From positions 1 through 24,441 of IMG/VR virus record IMGVR_UViG_3300004213_000030: a stretch of 24,441 nucleotides of DNA. The stretch is one strand, 5' to 3'. The position numbers and the translations under genes are program-made. Shown in pieces: positions 23,687 to 24,441 of the stretch. Position 1 is the first letter of the stretch; every line of letters begins with the position of its first letter. The notes below the pieces were generated by a model. That model saw only the letters and a list, made by a program, of their open reading frames with translations, had not been told where the DNA came from and searched no databases. This DNA is from a virus. Taxonomy: Duplodnaviria > Caudoviricetes.

Positions 23687-24162
23687 TAAAAACCGCAAAC
23701 ATATCGCCGGACGGCAAGTGTCGGTACACACTGTCCCGAATCTGGAACGATGACCTGCCGAAAGTGCTTTTCGTTATGCACAATCCGTCGAAAGCGGATG
23801 CTTCGCAAGACGATCCGACAATAACTCGGTGCATTAACTTTGCAAAGTCTTGGGGTTACGGCGGGATTTATGTCGGTAACGTTTGCCCGTACCGCGCAAC
23901 CAATCCGAAAGATTTGGATACCGCTATTCTTCCGGCCAAGTACATTGTTATAAACGACGCGCATCTTGAAAACATGGCTAAGTTGTGCGAACTTCATGTA
24001 TTGGCGCACGGCGTTTTGCATAAGCGAATCGAATACATGGCGAATTTATTATATTTGAATCCGACGTTTAAATTCAACGCGCTTGGATTGACAAAAGCCG
24101 GGCACCCTCGGCACCCCCTTTATTTACCTTCAATTTCATATCCTGTTCCATTTAAACCATGA
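23683..24162 (+). CDS. DUF1643 family protein
   Basis: RY.L.R.W, FVM.NPS.AD...DDPT..RCI.FA..WGYGG...GN..P.RAT.P and TK.GHPRHPLYL motifs. Confidence 0.9.
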   Translation: MIKTANISPDGKCRYTLSRIWNDDLPKVLFVMHNPSKADASQDDPTITRCINFAKSWGYGGIYVGNVCPYRATNPKDLDTAILPAKYIVINDAHLENMAKLCELHVLAHGVLHKRIEYMANLLYLNPTFKFNALGLTKAGHPRHPLYLPSISYPVPFKP

Positions 24163-24416
24163 AAAGAAAAGCGTTAGCACTAATTAAAAAATTAGGCTTG
24201 AAATTACTAAAATGGCGGTCGTATCGGTCAGATATGGGCTGCCAATGTTACGAAATTGAAATCGAACATAAGGGTAAGTTTGAATCTTTTTACGATTCGT
24301 ATTTTCCGGGCGAACTTTACGGGGCTAAAATGGTCGATGGAAAAGTAGTCGGCGGCGTATCCCAAAAAGATTTGATGTACAAAGAAATTTTAAACTTTTT
24401 AAGATCATTTGAATGA
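24159..24416 (+). CDS. Hypothetical protein
   Basis: ATGA overlaps at both ends. Confidence 0.65.
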   Translation: MKRKALALIKKLGLKLLKWRSYRSDMGCQCYEIEIEHKGKFESFYDSYFPGELYGAKMVDGKVVGGVSQKDLMYKEILNFLRSFE

Positions 24417-24441
24417 ACCCAAAGGAAAAGAATTTAACAGC
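24413..24441 (+). CDS. Start of a gene running off the window (MNPKEKNLT...)
   Basis: ATGA overlap with the previous stop; open to the window end. Confidence 0.45.

Noticed and set aside
99-24021. Many antisense or alternate-frame ORFs in the track (e.g. 99..383, 11338..11727, 16256..16795, 21572..22066, 23593..24021)
   Set aside because: They lie inside motif-bearing genes that tile the window with coupled starts and stops; 16256..16795 is just the poly-Ser mirror of acidic codons.
1-24441. tRNA or other structured RNA genes
   Set aside because: Intergenic gaps are short and accounted for by promoters and terminators; no cloverleaf-like sequence seen by eye.

Overview
Dense segment of a tailed (contractile-tail, P2/Mu-like baseplate) phage or prophage, about 50 genes tiling both strands. 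The host is very likely Bacteroidota: two exact TTG-N19-TAnnTTTG promoters, and A-rich starts without obvious Shine-Dalgarno sequences. Layout: (1) 1-6343 (+), late structural genes: a 5'-truncated beta-rich protein, a 496-aa possible glycoside hydrolase, late control D, baseplate V, W/gp25, J, I and a short tail-collar-like protein, with no long tail fibre before the terminator. (2) 9183-6407 (-), lysis operon: two single-TM coiled-coil proteins, a GH108 endolysin, a small protein and a translationally coupled patatin-like phospholipase. (3) 11007-9302 (-), small-gene operon containing a DUF2829/Tad2-family anti-defence candidate. (4) 16722-11078 (-), replication module: acidic protein, DUF2800 nuclease, DUF2815 SSB, DUF3820, DUF3850 and family A DNA polymerase. 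(5) 16773-16869, back-to-back promoters. (6) 16893-end (+), early-type small genes, starting with a ribbon-helix-helix protein missing from the ORF track. The two most notable signals are the phospholipase inside the lysis operon and three related promoter/operator cassettes, each filling an intergenic gap of exactly 70 bp. Family calls are from motif recognition by eye; no searches were run.
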